Below, piece by piece: positions 1-11,339 of a stretch of DNA of 64,000 bases. The notes beneath the pieces are model-generated. The model saw nothing but the letters and a program-made list of their open reading frames with translations. It was not told the origin of the DNA and made no database searches. Source of the stretch: Eledone cirrhosa. Taxonomy: Eukaryota. Each line of letters starts with the position of its first letter. Position 1 is the stretch's first letter. The translations under genes and the position numbers were made by a program. The DNA is taken from the NCBI GenBank assembly GCA_964016885.1, contig OZ024763.1, forward strand, positions 13,330,001-13,394,000, given 5' to 3'.

Positions 1-369
1 TTGGTGTTAGGAAGGGCATCCAGTCATAGAAGCCAAGCCAAAATACAGATTTGTATGAGCAAGATGCAGTTTCCTGATGTGACTTGCCTTATAATGTGAC
101 AACCCTTCTAACTCATGCAAGCATGGAAAATGGACGTTAAACTATGATGATGAAATCTCTCAAAATTCTTCATTAATTGAAATAGCATGTGTTTCATTAG
201 AAATACAATTCCGAAAGGGTTAATATTGAAGTGCCAAATTCAAGGATTGCAATACAACACTCACACCAGATGGTTTCAATAACACTATGTAACCTTTGCT
301 TTATCAGGATTTATTTTTCAGTCTATTACTAAATTTAAGGAGCTGATTCACCCTTCTTTGCTCACTTAA

Positions 370-660
370 TCCTGGGAGGACCATGGGAGCAGACTCCTCA
401 AACACGCCTTCCCCCACTTATTCCTTTATTCCTGGGAGAGTTGGGGGGGGGGGGGGGGGGGGGCAGAGTCCTCAAGCACAACTTCTAGAGGGTCTTGTCT
501 GAAGCAACAGTTTCCAATTAATCTGGCTAGATCCCCAAGTGAGACTAGCTGAACTCATGGATGTTGTCCAACCATCTTGCTTATTGTCTACCTCTGGGTT
601 TCCTGTCGGTTGGTTTTGCACATAAAATCTGTCCAGCAATTGTTTCTTTAGACATATCCA
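370..660 (-). mobile_element. RTE-like LINE 3' end remnant; paralogue at 6320-6510
   Basis: Minus-strand WxDNIH.L.W..LGI....LET.A.DR..W segment is shared by both copies. Confidence 0.6.
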
Positions 661-1070
661 TAATTAATTTTTCTCTATCATCAACTGAAATTACAACCAT
701 GAGACCATCTTCCTAACCACTAGGCCATGCACTTCTATATAGACACCTGAATAAACAAAATAGTCATTATATACTGTAGGAGCACTTGATAGAATGAGGG
801 CATGTGTGTAAGGGAGAATCAGGGCACCCAGCCCATCAGTAACTCTGCTTGAGACTGACTTGGTCAGTGATAACCCATCCAACCGTTGCTAACAGGGAAA
901 ATGGATGTTAAATGATGATACTGTATTGTTAACCTTTCTGATACTGACCCCAACCACTGGTTCTAACATAAATCAGTTGATTCTTTTAACACTAAACTGT
1001 CCTTTGTTCAACAATACAAAACTGTTCGTTTTAAAATGTTTATATTCACCTAAAAACCTTCCATTATAAT

Positions 1071-1250
1071 TGGCAGAATCGGTAGAGGGTCGGACGCCAT
1101 GCTTTCCAGCATAGTTACGTCCCTTTACAGTCTGAGTTCAATTCCTGTCCAGGTTAACTTTGCCTTTCATCCTTACGGGGTCGATAAAATAAAGTACCAG
1201 TAATGCACTGAGGTAATTTCTGGCCTTGTGCCAAAAGTAGAAACAATCAT
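1071..1250 (+). mobile_element. tRNA-derived SINE family A, representative copy
   Basis: A box TGGCAGAATCGG, B box GAGTTCAAxTCC, shared body ctttgcctttcatccttacggggtcgataaaataaagtaccag. Other copies at about 2940-3200(-), 4424-4605(+), 4875-5030(-), 9550-9760(+), 13955-14090(-), 15517-15700(-), 40949-41127(+) and 54697-54850(-). Confidence 0.85.
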
Positions 1251-1775
1251 AATTTTATGTAAGAACCTTTGTTAAGTTATATTCCAAACACCACCTTAAC
1301 CCTTTAGCATTTACATTATTCTACATTGACTCATATTTTCGTGGTAAAGGCTTTACCTCACATAATATCGAATCTATGAGATTTTGATATTTTTTTTTAG
1401 TACAATACCTTATTGTCAGTATGAGTGGCAGGTTATGGCCAGATTGAACATAAAGAGGTGAGAGAATTCTGGCCAGATACAGCCGGTTTAAATACTAAAG
1501 GATCGATAATGAGTATTTTACTAAATCCTTCTAGATTCTTGTTTATTTTCAAAATTATCTAAAAATTACAAGTAGTAAAATTTCAATAGAAATATGCTAT
1601 CAAAAGAGTGTGTTTTATATTCATCTGAAAACTTTCCATCATAATTCTGTAACAACCTGTGTTATGTTCCAAATAATAAGAAAGTTGGTTATATTACTAA
1701 ACCCTTCCAGTTTCTTGATTATTTTCAAAATTATTTGAAAATAATAGAAATGTCAGTGATAGGTACATTTTTCAA

Positions 1776-2370
1776 ATGCATGAAAGATCTATAGAGGTGG
1801 TTGTTAACTTCCGAAATCAAGGTGATCAAATTAGCAAGGGATCAGGATGCTCCAAAGTCATAGCATCTAGAATAAGGACAGGATGGGAGAAGTGTAGGGA
1901 GCTGCTTCCTCCGTTGACAACGAAGGGTTTCTACCTGCAAATGAAAGGTCGGTTGTATGATGCCTATGTGAGATGCACGATGCTGCATGGTAGTGAGACA
2001 TGGGCAGCTACTGCGGATGATATGCGAAGGCTGGATAGAAATGAAGCAAGCATGCTCCGATGGATGTGCAATATCATCAATGTGCGTTAATGACCCAACA
2101 CAGACGAGTTGAGAGTGAAACTGTGTATAAGAGGGATAAACTGTAGTGTGCAGAAAAGAAAACTGCATTGGTATGACCATGTGATGCGCATGGAAGATGA
2201 CTGCTGGGTGAAGAAGTGCCAAGTGGAAAGAAAACACAGTAGAGAAAGACCACGCAAAACATGGGTGGAGGTGGCGAGAGCTGACCTCAGATCACTGTAG
2301 CTCAGAGAGGAGATGACGAAGAGGGCCCGCTCACCCTTTCAAGCAGGGAAAGTGGATGTAAAATGCTAGG
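1776..2370 (+). mobile_element. 5'-truncated, decayed RTE-clade LINE (RT C-terminal region)
   Basis: [38 protein letters not shown] and RPRKTW motifs, with frameshifts. Confidence 0.85.
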
Positions 2371-4244
2371 AAGATTTATTAAGTTAAAAAAATTTTTTTT
2401 TTCTATATTGACAAAATAATTCTTTAATTCTTTTCTATACATATTTACTTTTACTAACTTAAATATGGAATGTTACGTGATGCCCCCCCCCCCCCCCCCA
2501 CAGCCCTGGCAAACAGGATGGAGAAGGCATTCCCCACTCCAACTCACAGGGTTCACACCTGCGGCTGGCCAGCTCAGCGCCTATGGTGGTGAGTAGGGAG
2601 GTAGCCCTAGGGCCGAGGACACCAGAAGTCTCCACTGCCAGGGGTACAACCGCAAACCTGTCGGAGAGCGACTGGTATTTGAGGAGTTTGGCCTCCTCAG
2701 CCTGACATGCACAGAACCTCGGTTAGTCGCAGTTATATTTCAAACATCAGCTTAATAATTGGATTCTGGATTATTTTTAAAATTATTTGAAAAACATAGA
2801 CAGTGCCTTTCATCAGAAATATGGTAATATCTTAACATAATCGTTTTTCTTCATCGTAGAAAAACATGTCAGTAAAATTCCATTAAAAATATGGTTAATA
2901 AGAAAGTTTTGAGAAACGAATACGATATAATAATAATAATAATTGTTTCTATTTTAGGCAAAAGGCCAGCAATTTTGGGGGCAAGGCAAAATCAATTAAA
3001 TCGACCCTTGTGCATTACAGGTGCTTTATTTTATCGACCTCATAATTGTTTCTACTTTTGGCACAAGGCCAGCAATTATTCCAGTGCATTACTGGTACTT
3101 TATTTTATCGACCACGTAATGATGAAAGGCAAAGTTAACCTCAGACCATACAGGGCCTAACTCTTTGCTGCAAAGCATGGCGTCCGACACTCTACCGACC
3201 CCATAATAATGAAAACTATAGTGTAGTGCTCAGGTGTACTAACTACTACGAAAGAAATGGTTGTAAAATTAGCATATAAATATATCATTATACGAAATAA
3301 ATGACATTCAATGCATCATTCATTAATTTAACTGGTGTGAAACAACTAAAATTATACATACATGTTAACTACAACTATATATACACTGAGCAATAAAAGA
3401 ACATCTAGATAGAGAGAGAGAAATGTATAAATACGCACGAACAGATACAAACAGGTATGTATATATATATATATATATATGGCGAAGGAAGTGTGGTAAG
3501 GAACCAGATGGACTATAACGCACCAGAGTACTCAATAGTTAGGGTAGTAGAGTGGGTAATAGGAAAATATTAAACCCCTATATATATATATATTTAAAAG
3601 AATAGAGGTGTAACACACAAGTTATGATATATTGGTAAATGGAAAAGAAAATGCTGACAAATTGTTCACAGTGAAAAATAGTTTAATTAGGAATAAGTGA
3701 GAATTAGTAATAGTATTGGTTAGTATTCAGTTTTGGTTTTAAGTTTTACCGGTTGCGCATTTCTAATGCTTTTCAAAAATAATTTTCAGATAGAGCGTCC
3801 GTGATGTTTGCTCTGATCTGATATATATATATCAGATCAGATATATATATATATATATATGGAAAGTTATATTTAAATTGTTGTGTTACAACTAGTAAAT
3901 ATTTATAACTGATATAAAAGCACTCGACAAATATTTGGAGTATATTTACAAGAGTTTTGCAAGATAAGTCAACATGAATGGATCTGTTATTTTTATCTAA
4001 AGACATTTTTTCCAATTCCAAATCTATCTATCGTCCGAAACGGCATAGCATATTGTTAATATGTTATCCCTGAAATATATATAATGAAATAAATATGGTT
4101 TTATAAATATAGTTTCCATTTATTTAATATTGTATATATATATATATATATAAAGTATTTCCGTAGAAAAGGTAAAGGAAGAGTGTCCTGTGTATAGTAT
4201 AGAGCTATTTAATTACATAATAAACAACAATATAATTATGTAAT

Positions 4245-4324
<80 letters not shown>

Positions 4325-5039
4325 GAGAATGTAAAAAGGTAGATAGGAAACGGACAGCTTATAAATTGGGACAACTTTATCTCCAGTGCTGTTTAACAAT
4401 AAAAATATTATTAAGGGCGATGTAGGCAGTATCGGTAGAGCGTCGGACGCCATGCTTTGGCGCACAGAGTTACGGCCCTTGCCATTCTGAGTTCAAATCC
4501 CACCGAGGTTAACTTTGCCTTTCATCCTTACGAGGTCGATAAAATAAAGTACCAGTAATACACTGGTTAATTTGCTGGCCTTGTGCCAAAAGTAGAAACC
4601 ATTATTACGATAGACATTGGAAATAAAACTCCATAGAATACAAACTTTATTTGGGAGATCTTTGTGTCCCTACAATATTAAAAGGCAGACTAAACTTTTC
4701 CTCTAATAGAGAAGGATTATAGGAATTTACTGTACAAATGGCGAACAGTGGGAGAGGTTGCTTGAGTAAAGGTTAATCTACGTTCCGTTACTAATCTTTG
4801 AAGGTCAATGTAATGTTACAGGTGGAATAACGGGCTGAGTAGATTGTTAGACGGCCATGAAATCTTAGCGACGGATAAAGTTGATTAAATCAAGCCCCAG
4901 TGTTTCACTGGTACTTTATTTTATCGACCTCGGTAGGATGAAAGGCAAAGTTGACCTGGGCGGGATTTGAACTCAGAACGTTGAGAAAAAGTCAGAACAA
5001 ATACCGCAAATCCGACGCTCCACCAATTCTGTCAATAAC

Positions 5040-6320
5040 CTCAAGAACGCCTTCCACTTATTCCTGGGAAGGTTGGGGAGGACAGAGTCCGCAAGAACGC
5101 CGTCCACCTGTTCCTGGGAGGGCCGTCGAGGGCAGAGTCCACAAGAACGCCTTCCACTTATTCCTGGGAAGGTTGGGGAGGGCAGAGTCCGCAAGAACGC
5201 CGTCCACCTGTTCCTGGGAGGGCCGTCGAGGGCAGAGTCCCCAAGAACGCCTTCCACTTATTCCTGGGAAGGTTGGGGAGGGCAGAGTCCGCAAGAACGC
5301 CGTCCACCTGTTCCTGGGAGGGCCGTCGAGGGCAGAGTCCCCAAGAACGCCTTCCACTTATTCCTGGGAAGGTTGGGGAGGGCAGAGTCCGCAAGAACGC
5401 CGTCCACCTGTTCCTGGGAGGGCCGTCGAGGGCAGAGTCCCCAAGAACGCCTTCCACTTATTCCTGGGAAGGTTGGGGAGGGCAGAGTCCGCAAGAACGC
5501 CGTCCACCTGTTCCTGGGAGGGCCGTCGAGGGCAGAGTCCGCAAGAACGCCTTCCACTTATTCCTGGGAAGGTTGGGGAGGACAGAGTCCGCAAGAACGC
5601 CTTCCACTTATTCCTGGGAAGGTTGGGGAGGACAGAGTCCTGAAGACCACCTTCCACTTATTCCTGGGAAGGTTGGGGAGGACAGAGTCCGCAAGAACGC
5701 CTTCCACTTATTCCTGGGAAGGTTGGGGAGGACAGCGTCCTGAAGACCACCTTCCACTTATTCCTGGGAAGGTTGGGGAGGACAGCGTCCTGAAGACCAC
5801 CTTCCACTTATTCCTGGGAAGGTTGGGGAGGACAGAGTCCTGAAGACCACCTTCCACTTATTCCTGGGAAGGTTGGGGAGGACAGAGTCCTGAAGACCAC
5901 CTTCCACTTATTCCTGGGAAGGTTGGGGAGGACAGAGTCCTGAAGACCACCTTCCACTTATTCCTGGGAAGGTTGGGGAGGACAGAGTCCTGAAGACCAC
6001 CTTCCACTTATTCCTGGGAAGGTTGGGGAGGACAGCGTCCTGAAGACCACCTTCCACTTATTCCTGGGAAGGTTGGGGAGGACAGAGTCCTGAAGACCAC
6101 CTTCCACTTATTCCTGGGAAGGTTGGGGAGGACAGCGTCCTGAAGACCACCTTCCACTTATTCCTGGGAAGGTTGGGGAGGACAGCGTCCTGAAGACCAC
6201 CTTCCACTTATTCCTGGGAAGGTTGGGGAGGACAGCGTCCTGAAGACCACCTTCCACTTATTCCTGGGAAGGTTGGGGAGGACAGAGTCCGCAAGAACGC
6301 CTTCCATTTATTCTTGGGAA
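5040..6320. repeat. 50-bp minisatellite, about 25 units, with a 100-bp dimer structure in the left part
   Basis: Unit cttccacttattcctgggaaggttggggaggacagagtcc(gc/tg)aaga(acgc/ccac). Confidence 0.97.
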
Positions 6321-6866
6321 GGACGCGGAGAGCAGCGTCGTCAAGCACGCCTTCCAGAGGGTCCTGTCAGGAGCAAACGTTTCCAGATGATCTGGCTGAA
6401 TCCCCAATCGAGACCAGCCGAGCACATGGATGTTATCCAACCATTTTGCTCGGGGTCTAACCCTGAGTCTCCTGCTGATTGGTTTTTGCCCTTAAAATCT
6501 GACTTACAAATCAGTCCGAAAGTAACGATAATATGCGAATATGTAAAGTGTACTATGTGTGTGTGTGTGTACGGCTATCTCTACATAAGTATATATGAAT
6601 GTATTTCTCATTTAAAATGAAATCGTCTTTAGTCTATGCAATGTAAACAATAAGTTCGTCAGTTTCCATGCTGTAAAACGTTTATTTTTGCCATCACCGC
6701 CCCTCCTTTGTTTTCTGAAAACACGAGTCATTTCCGACTGATTTGGAGGTCAGATTCGTTGAAAACACGAATAACCCTAGCAAAAAGAACAATTTTCCAG
6801 AGTAGCTAAGGGTTTTTTTTCTATAAATTAGTGCCAATTTACCCTAAACTAGTTGTGCCATCTTAT

Positions 6867-6893
<27 letters not shown>

Positions 6894-6897
<4 letters not shown>

Positions 6898-6980
6898 GGG
6901 TCCCCCCCAAAAAACGTATACACCCTTCAACAGCATTCTAATCAAAATGTGTACACAAGTTTGGAGGACACCCTGCATAT
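6894..6980. mobile_element. Short Tc1/mariner-like MITE
   Basis: Imperfect TIRs cagggtcccccc..gtatacac / gtgtacac..ggaggacaccctg in TA-rich context. Confidence 0.5.
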
Positions 6981-7087
6981 ACACGAGATGTAACTAGTTA
7001 AGGACCAGTACGACCATTATTTAACTTAGTACGCTATACTTTAAAACAGTAAAATGTATACATTATAGGAATTCTTCAAGAATCCCC

Positions 7088-7150
<63 letters not shown>

Positions 7151-7328
7151 TGGCAACTTTTTCCGTCTATAGGGGAATTTTGCTCGTTTTTTTAAGGTAT
7201 GATTTATAACCAACTACGTATAAAGTTATTTTCTGCGTCGCAGATGTCTACATTTTTTTTATGTACGCGTGTGTGTATCCCGTTAAGGGTGAAAGCAGCG
7301 ATTCTTTGCTTAAACTTTAATCTGTTCT

Positions 7329-7360
<32 letters not shown>

Positions 7361-7522
7361 AGATTAAAGGTTTAAGCAAATCATTTCTGCTTCCACCCTA
7401 AACAGGGTCATCTGAAACTTGCTCTACGCGTTTATATATATCAATATATATATTTTAGATATTTTCGAAGAAAAAGCAAAGGAAAATAGAGTGCTCTATG
7501 TATAGAACAGAGCTATGTAATT

Positions 7523-7706
7523 AGAAAGTGAACAACAATATATAACTACTCCATTACCAAAGGTTTCAGGACCCTAGACAATATTAGCATACGTCTAGAT
7601 CGTTCATCAGACGATCTATCTGATGAACGATCTAGACTGTGTTAATATTGTCTAGGGCCCTGAAACCTTTGGTAATGGAATAGTTATATAGTGTTGTTCA
7701 CTTTCT
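7523..7706. repeat. Long near-perfect palindrome, arms about 90 bp
   Basis: agaaagtgaacaac...cgttcatcag / ctgatgaacg...gttgttcactttct. Confidence 0.9.
7615..7679 (+). ncRNA. Type I hammerhead ribozyme motif, with an inverted twin at 7551-7614 on the - strand
   Basis: tctat-CTGATGA-(ctagac..gtctag stem II)-GAAA-cc ttt gg-TA-atgga. Stem I pairs. Confidence 0.65.
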
Positions 7707-8001
7707 TATATATATATATATATATAACCTTAATCTGGATTTTGGTCTTTGTATCATATACATACATGTGTATATATCACAGTGTTTAGTGCCTATATCT
7801 GACTTTGTTTCCTCATAAAGTTCTTAATCTAAATTTTACAGAGATACATGTTCGTTCTTTTATCGAAGGGTGTAAATTAGGACAATGTTGAATGAAATTT
7901 AAGAAAATAACAATAAATTGCTGATTGTCACTCACGGAAATTGCCGGGAGTTGTCTGTGATGTTAAAGGGAAGGGTTAAGATTAAAATGAAAGTATCTTA
8001 C

Positions 8002-8080
8002 CTCCGTGGTCCCCAGGAGTAGCTGAAGGACCTTGAACAGAGAATGTCCTTCTGAAGATGTTTCCAAGACGGGAGGCCAT
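8002..8080 (-). CDS. COX6A: First coding exon of a nuclear-encoded mitochondrial protein, probably cytochrome c oxidase subunit 6A (MASRLGNIFRRTFSVQGPSATPGDHG); downstream exons not found in the window
   Basis: Kozak context aaaatcATGG and strong donor GAG|gtaaga (phase 1). The Arg/Ser-rich, acid-free presequence with RxFS is followed by a DHG segment, like COX6A N-termini. Confidence 0.55.
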
Positions 8081-8426
8081 GATTTTGGTTCACAACGAAA
8101 ATAGAATATAAAAAGTTTTTTGATTGGTTCAGTACCGCAGAGTTGGCATTAGTGTATTTAACCCTACTTTCGTAGCTTATTTATTATCGATTTCAGGTTG
8201 TTGTTATTATTGTTGTTTTGGATGTTTTTTTTTATTTTTTGCCGCAAAGCAAAATATTGGTAGCCAATTTATTTCTAATCGATATAATAATATATACATA
8301 TATAAAAAGGGAGAGAGAAAAGAGATAGATATGTATGTGTTTCTGAGTATCTGTGTGTACGTTTTTAGAATATGTGGACGTGAGTGTGTATGTGTTTTTT
8401 AGTATATATATATATATATTTAATTC

Positions 8427-8474
<48 letters not shown>

Positions 8475-8869
8475 GGGGGGGGGGGGCCTCATTACTGCAG
8501 TTATATAATCACCATGAATTCCATCATAGCTGTTATGTAACCGTAGTTTCGTATCATATTCTGCCATCAGGCGGAAGTAAATAGTCACATATTTCTATTT
8601 ACAATTTACTCGTCCGTAGCCTCTGCGTTTTTAAGTTCAATTCCTACCTGGAGACTGACTTTGTCTTTTAATCCCACCACATCTAGTGTGATCAATAATA
8701 TAAGACTAAAAAAACAATATTTCCATTACTGATATTATCTGCTGGTCGCAACTCCTGTTAGAAGGAGTAACAGAAAATAAAGTATTTGTTCAAGAATCGA
8801 ACCCATAACATTTTGATCGTTAGTCTAACCCCCTGGCCACTAGGCCACGTGCCTTTCGGAATATGTATC

Positions 8870-9270
8870 CTATGTAGATGGCTAGAAATAGCACCTAAAT
8901 CTCCCTCAAATCACACTCTACTGTCTTATATATCTAGACATGGTAGAAATAGTAGCCAAATTTCCCTCAAAATCACACCTTACTGTCTTATATATCTAGA
9001 CATTGAAATAGCCGCCAAATCTCCATCAAATCACATTCTACTGCCTTATACATCTAGACATGGTAGAAATAGCTGCCAAACCTCCTTCAAATCACACTAC
9101 GATGTCATATATATCTAGAAATGCTAGAAATAGCAGCCACTGTCTTATATATCTTGACAGTAAAAATAACTGCTAAATCTCCCTCAAACCACACTCTACT
9201 GTCTTATGCATCTAGACATGCTAGATGCATTGCTAATAGCAACCAAATCTACCTCAAACCACATCCAAAC
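8870..9270. repeat. Degenerate tandem repeat of about 59 bp
   Basis: ctagaaatagc..ccaaatctccctcaaatcacac..ctactgtcttatatatctagacat repeated about 6 times. Confidence 0.85.
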
Positions 9271-10214
9271 CCTCACTTCTGTTATTTCCCATGAACTAAC
9301 AAGGGAGCCAGTATGCAGTCGACATGCTAGAAACAACAGCCAAAAATAAAAAATTTCCTGGTGGAAGTTGGGGTGGAAACTATTGGTGTTGATAAAATAA
9401 AATATCACGCAAGTAATAGGGTTGGTATAAACCACTTTACCCTTGTCTCAAAATAAAGTACCAGTCACGTTCTGGGGTCAATATAAAGCATTTTCCCTTT
9501 GTCTGAAATTGCTGGATTTGTGCCAAAGTTAGAAAGAATTATTGGTTGATTGGCAGAATCGATAGAGCGCCAGACAACAAGTTTTGTGGCATATAGTTAT
9601 GACCCTTTTTGTTCTGAGTTCAAATCCCACCAAGATTAGCTTTGCCTTTCATCCTTATTGGGTTGATAGAATAAAGTACCAGTAACACTCTGGGGTCGAT
9701 TTAATCGACTTTCCCCTCCCCCAAAAATTGTTGGCTTTGTGCCTAAATCAAAAACCATTATCATTATTGTGTTATTTTACTTGGTTCTGTTCCGTTTCCC
9801 TGTTGCTGGGTTTAGGCCTTGAATCTAGGGCAATAGAAGATTTCCTTGTAGAGAAAGTGAGCTAGTCTGACAATGTGTAGTGTTCCTAGTAACCAATCTC
9901 TGTAACTCATATTTGCTGATCCTGAAGGTAAGGATATCAAGGTTCAGCTCGGATCATCATCATCATCATCATCACCGTTTTACATCCGTTCTTCTACGCT
10001 AGCATGGGTTAGACGGGCTGTCCTGTTGTGGGCAGTGTCCGGTCGGTTGACCTTGTCTTGCTCATATGGGAACTGATTCTGGCTTGATTTCTACAGCTGG
10101 ATGCCCTTCCTAACACCAACCTCATTTACAGCGAGTGCTGGGTGCTTTTTTTTTTTCTGTGGCGCCTACACGTCCACTTTACAGTGAGGGCTGGGTGCTT
10201 TTTTGCCGACTACT

Positions 10215-10620
10215 TTGCAGGACTCAACCGCAGAGATGGCAAGCAGCCCAATGGAATAACCCTCTTCCCATTTAAAGGAGGTAGATCCCTCATCTGGGAT
10301 GCCACATGTTGTGAAACATTCTTTGTCTCCAACTTAGTCTCATCGACCACAAACCCGGTAGCATGGGCCACTATGCAAAGGAAATGAATTTAAACAAATA
10401 CCAGGGATTGTCCGGCTGCTTCCTCTTTGCACCGGTCGCCGTTGAGACCTCAGGCGTACTTGGAGCCTGTACTGCCGAGTTCCTCTACAAGATCGGAACC
10501 TCAGTGGCCTGTCTGAGGTGGGAGCCCTGCAAGGTGGTGTAACCATTGCAGCAGGTGTCACTGGCCATTCTCCGTGTGAATGCTTTTGCGGGTCTTGTCT
10601 GTGAGGTACAGCCCCAATAC
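10215..10620 (+). mobile_element. CRE-like non-LTR retrotransposon endonuclease remnant
   Basis: GLNRRDGKQPNGITLFPFKGGRSLIWDATC is a decayed DGKRPDG...WDxT motif, followed by QQVSLAILRVNA. Related remnants at 30610-30830(+) ([10 protein letters not shown]...[14 protein letters not shown]) and 2520-2720(-). Confidence 0.7.
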
Positions 10621-10854
10621 TGTCACATCCTAGGTCTAGAGCCCCTCCCCCTCCCTCTCCCATCCCATTCTTCTGTGACCCTAGAGCCTTTGCCTTTTTC
10701 TTCCTTTTCCGTTTTCATAACCACAAAAGACCCTTGTATTTTTTTACAATAAAACCTGTAATTTATTTCTTTAAATTCACTTGTTTTTAATATTTTTGTT
10801 TTTTGTACAAACAAATGTTAATGATTTCCAACTGTGGTTAGCATGTACTTACAC

Positions 10855-10930
10855 CCTGAACCCTAAACACAACCCTAACTCTAACCTTAACCTTAACCCT
10901 AACCCTATCCTAACCCTAACCCACTACCTA
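10855..10930. repeat. Degenerate (CCCTAA)n telomere-like tract
   Basis: aaccctaactctaaccttaaccttaaccctaaccctatcctaaccctaac. Confidence 0.7.
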
Positions 10931-11330
10931 ACTCTGTAAAGTGGTAGTGTTGATGCCACAATCAAATGCACCCAGTACACTCTGTAAACTGGTAGTGATG
11001 ATGACATGATCAACTGCACCCAGTACACTCTGTAAAGTGGTAGTGCTGATGACATGATCAACTGCACCCAGTACACTCTGTAAAGTGGTAGTGCTGATGA
11101 CAAGATCAAATGCACCCAGTACACTCTGTAAAGTGGTAGTGCTGGTGTTACAATAAAATGCACCCAGTGCACACTGCAAAATGGTCGTACTGGTGTCATG
11201 ATAAAATACACCCAGTACACTTGGTAAAGTGGTAGTACTGGTGTCACAATATTAAACACCCAGTACACTCTATAAAGTGGTAGTGTTGGTATCACAATAA
11301 AATGCACCCAACCCACTTTATAAATGGTAG
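10930..11330 (-). repeat. About 51-bp tandem family; same family on + at 36770-37850 and 43850-44280
   Basis: Unit cactttacagagtgtactgggtgcattttattgtggcaccagcactac. Confidence 0.9.
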
Positions 11331-11339
11331 TGTTTACGC

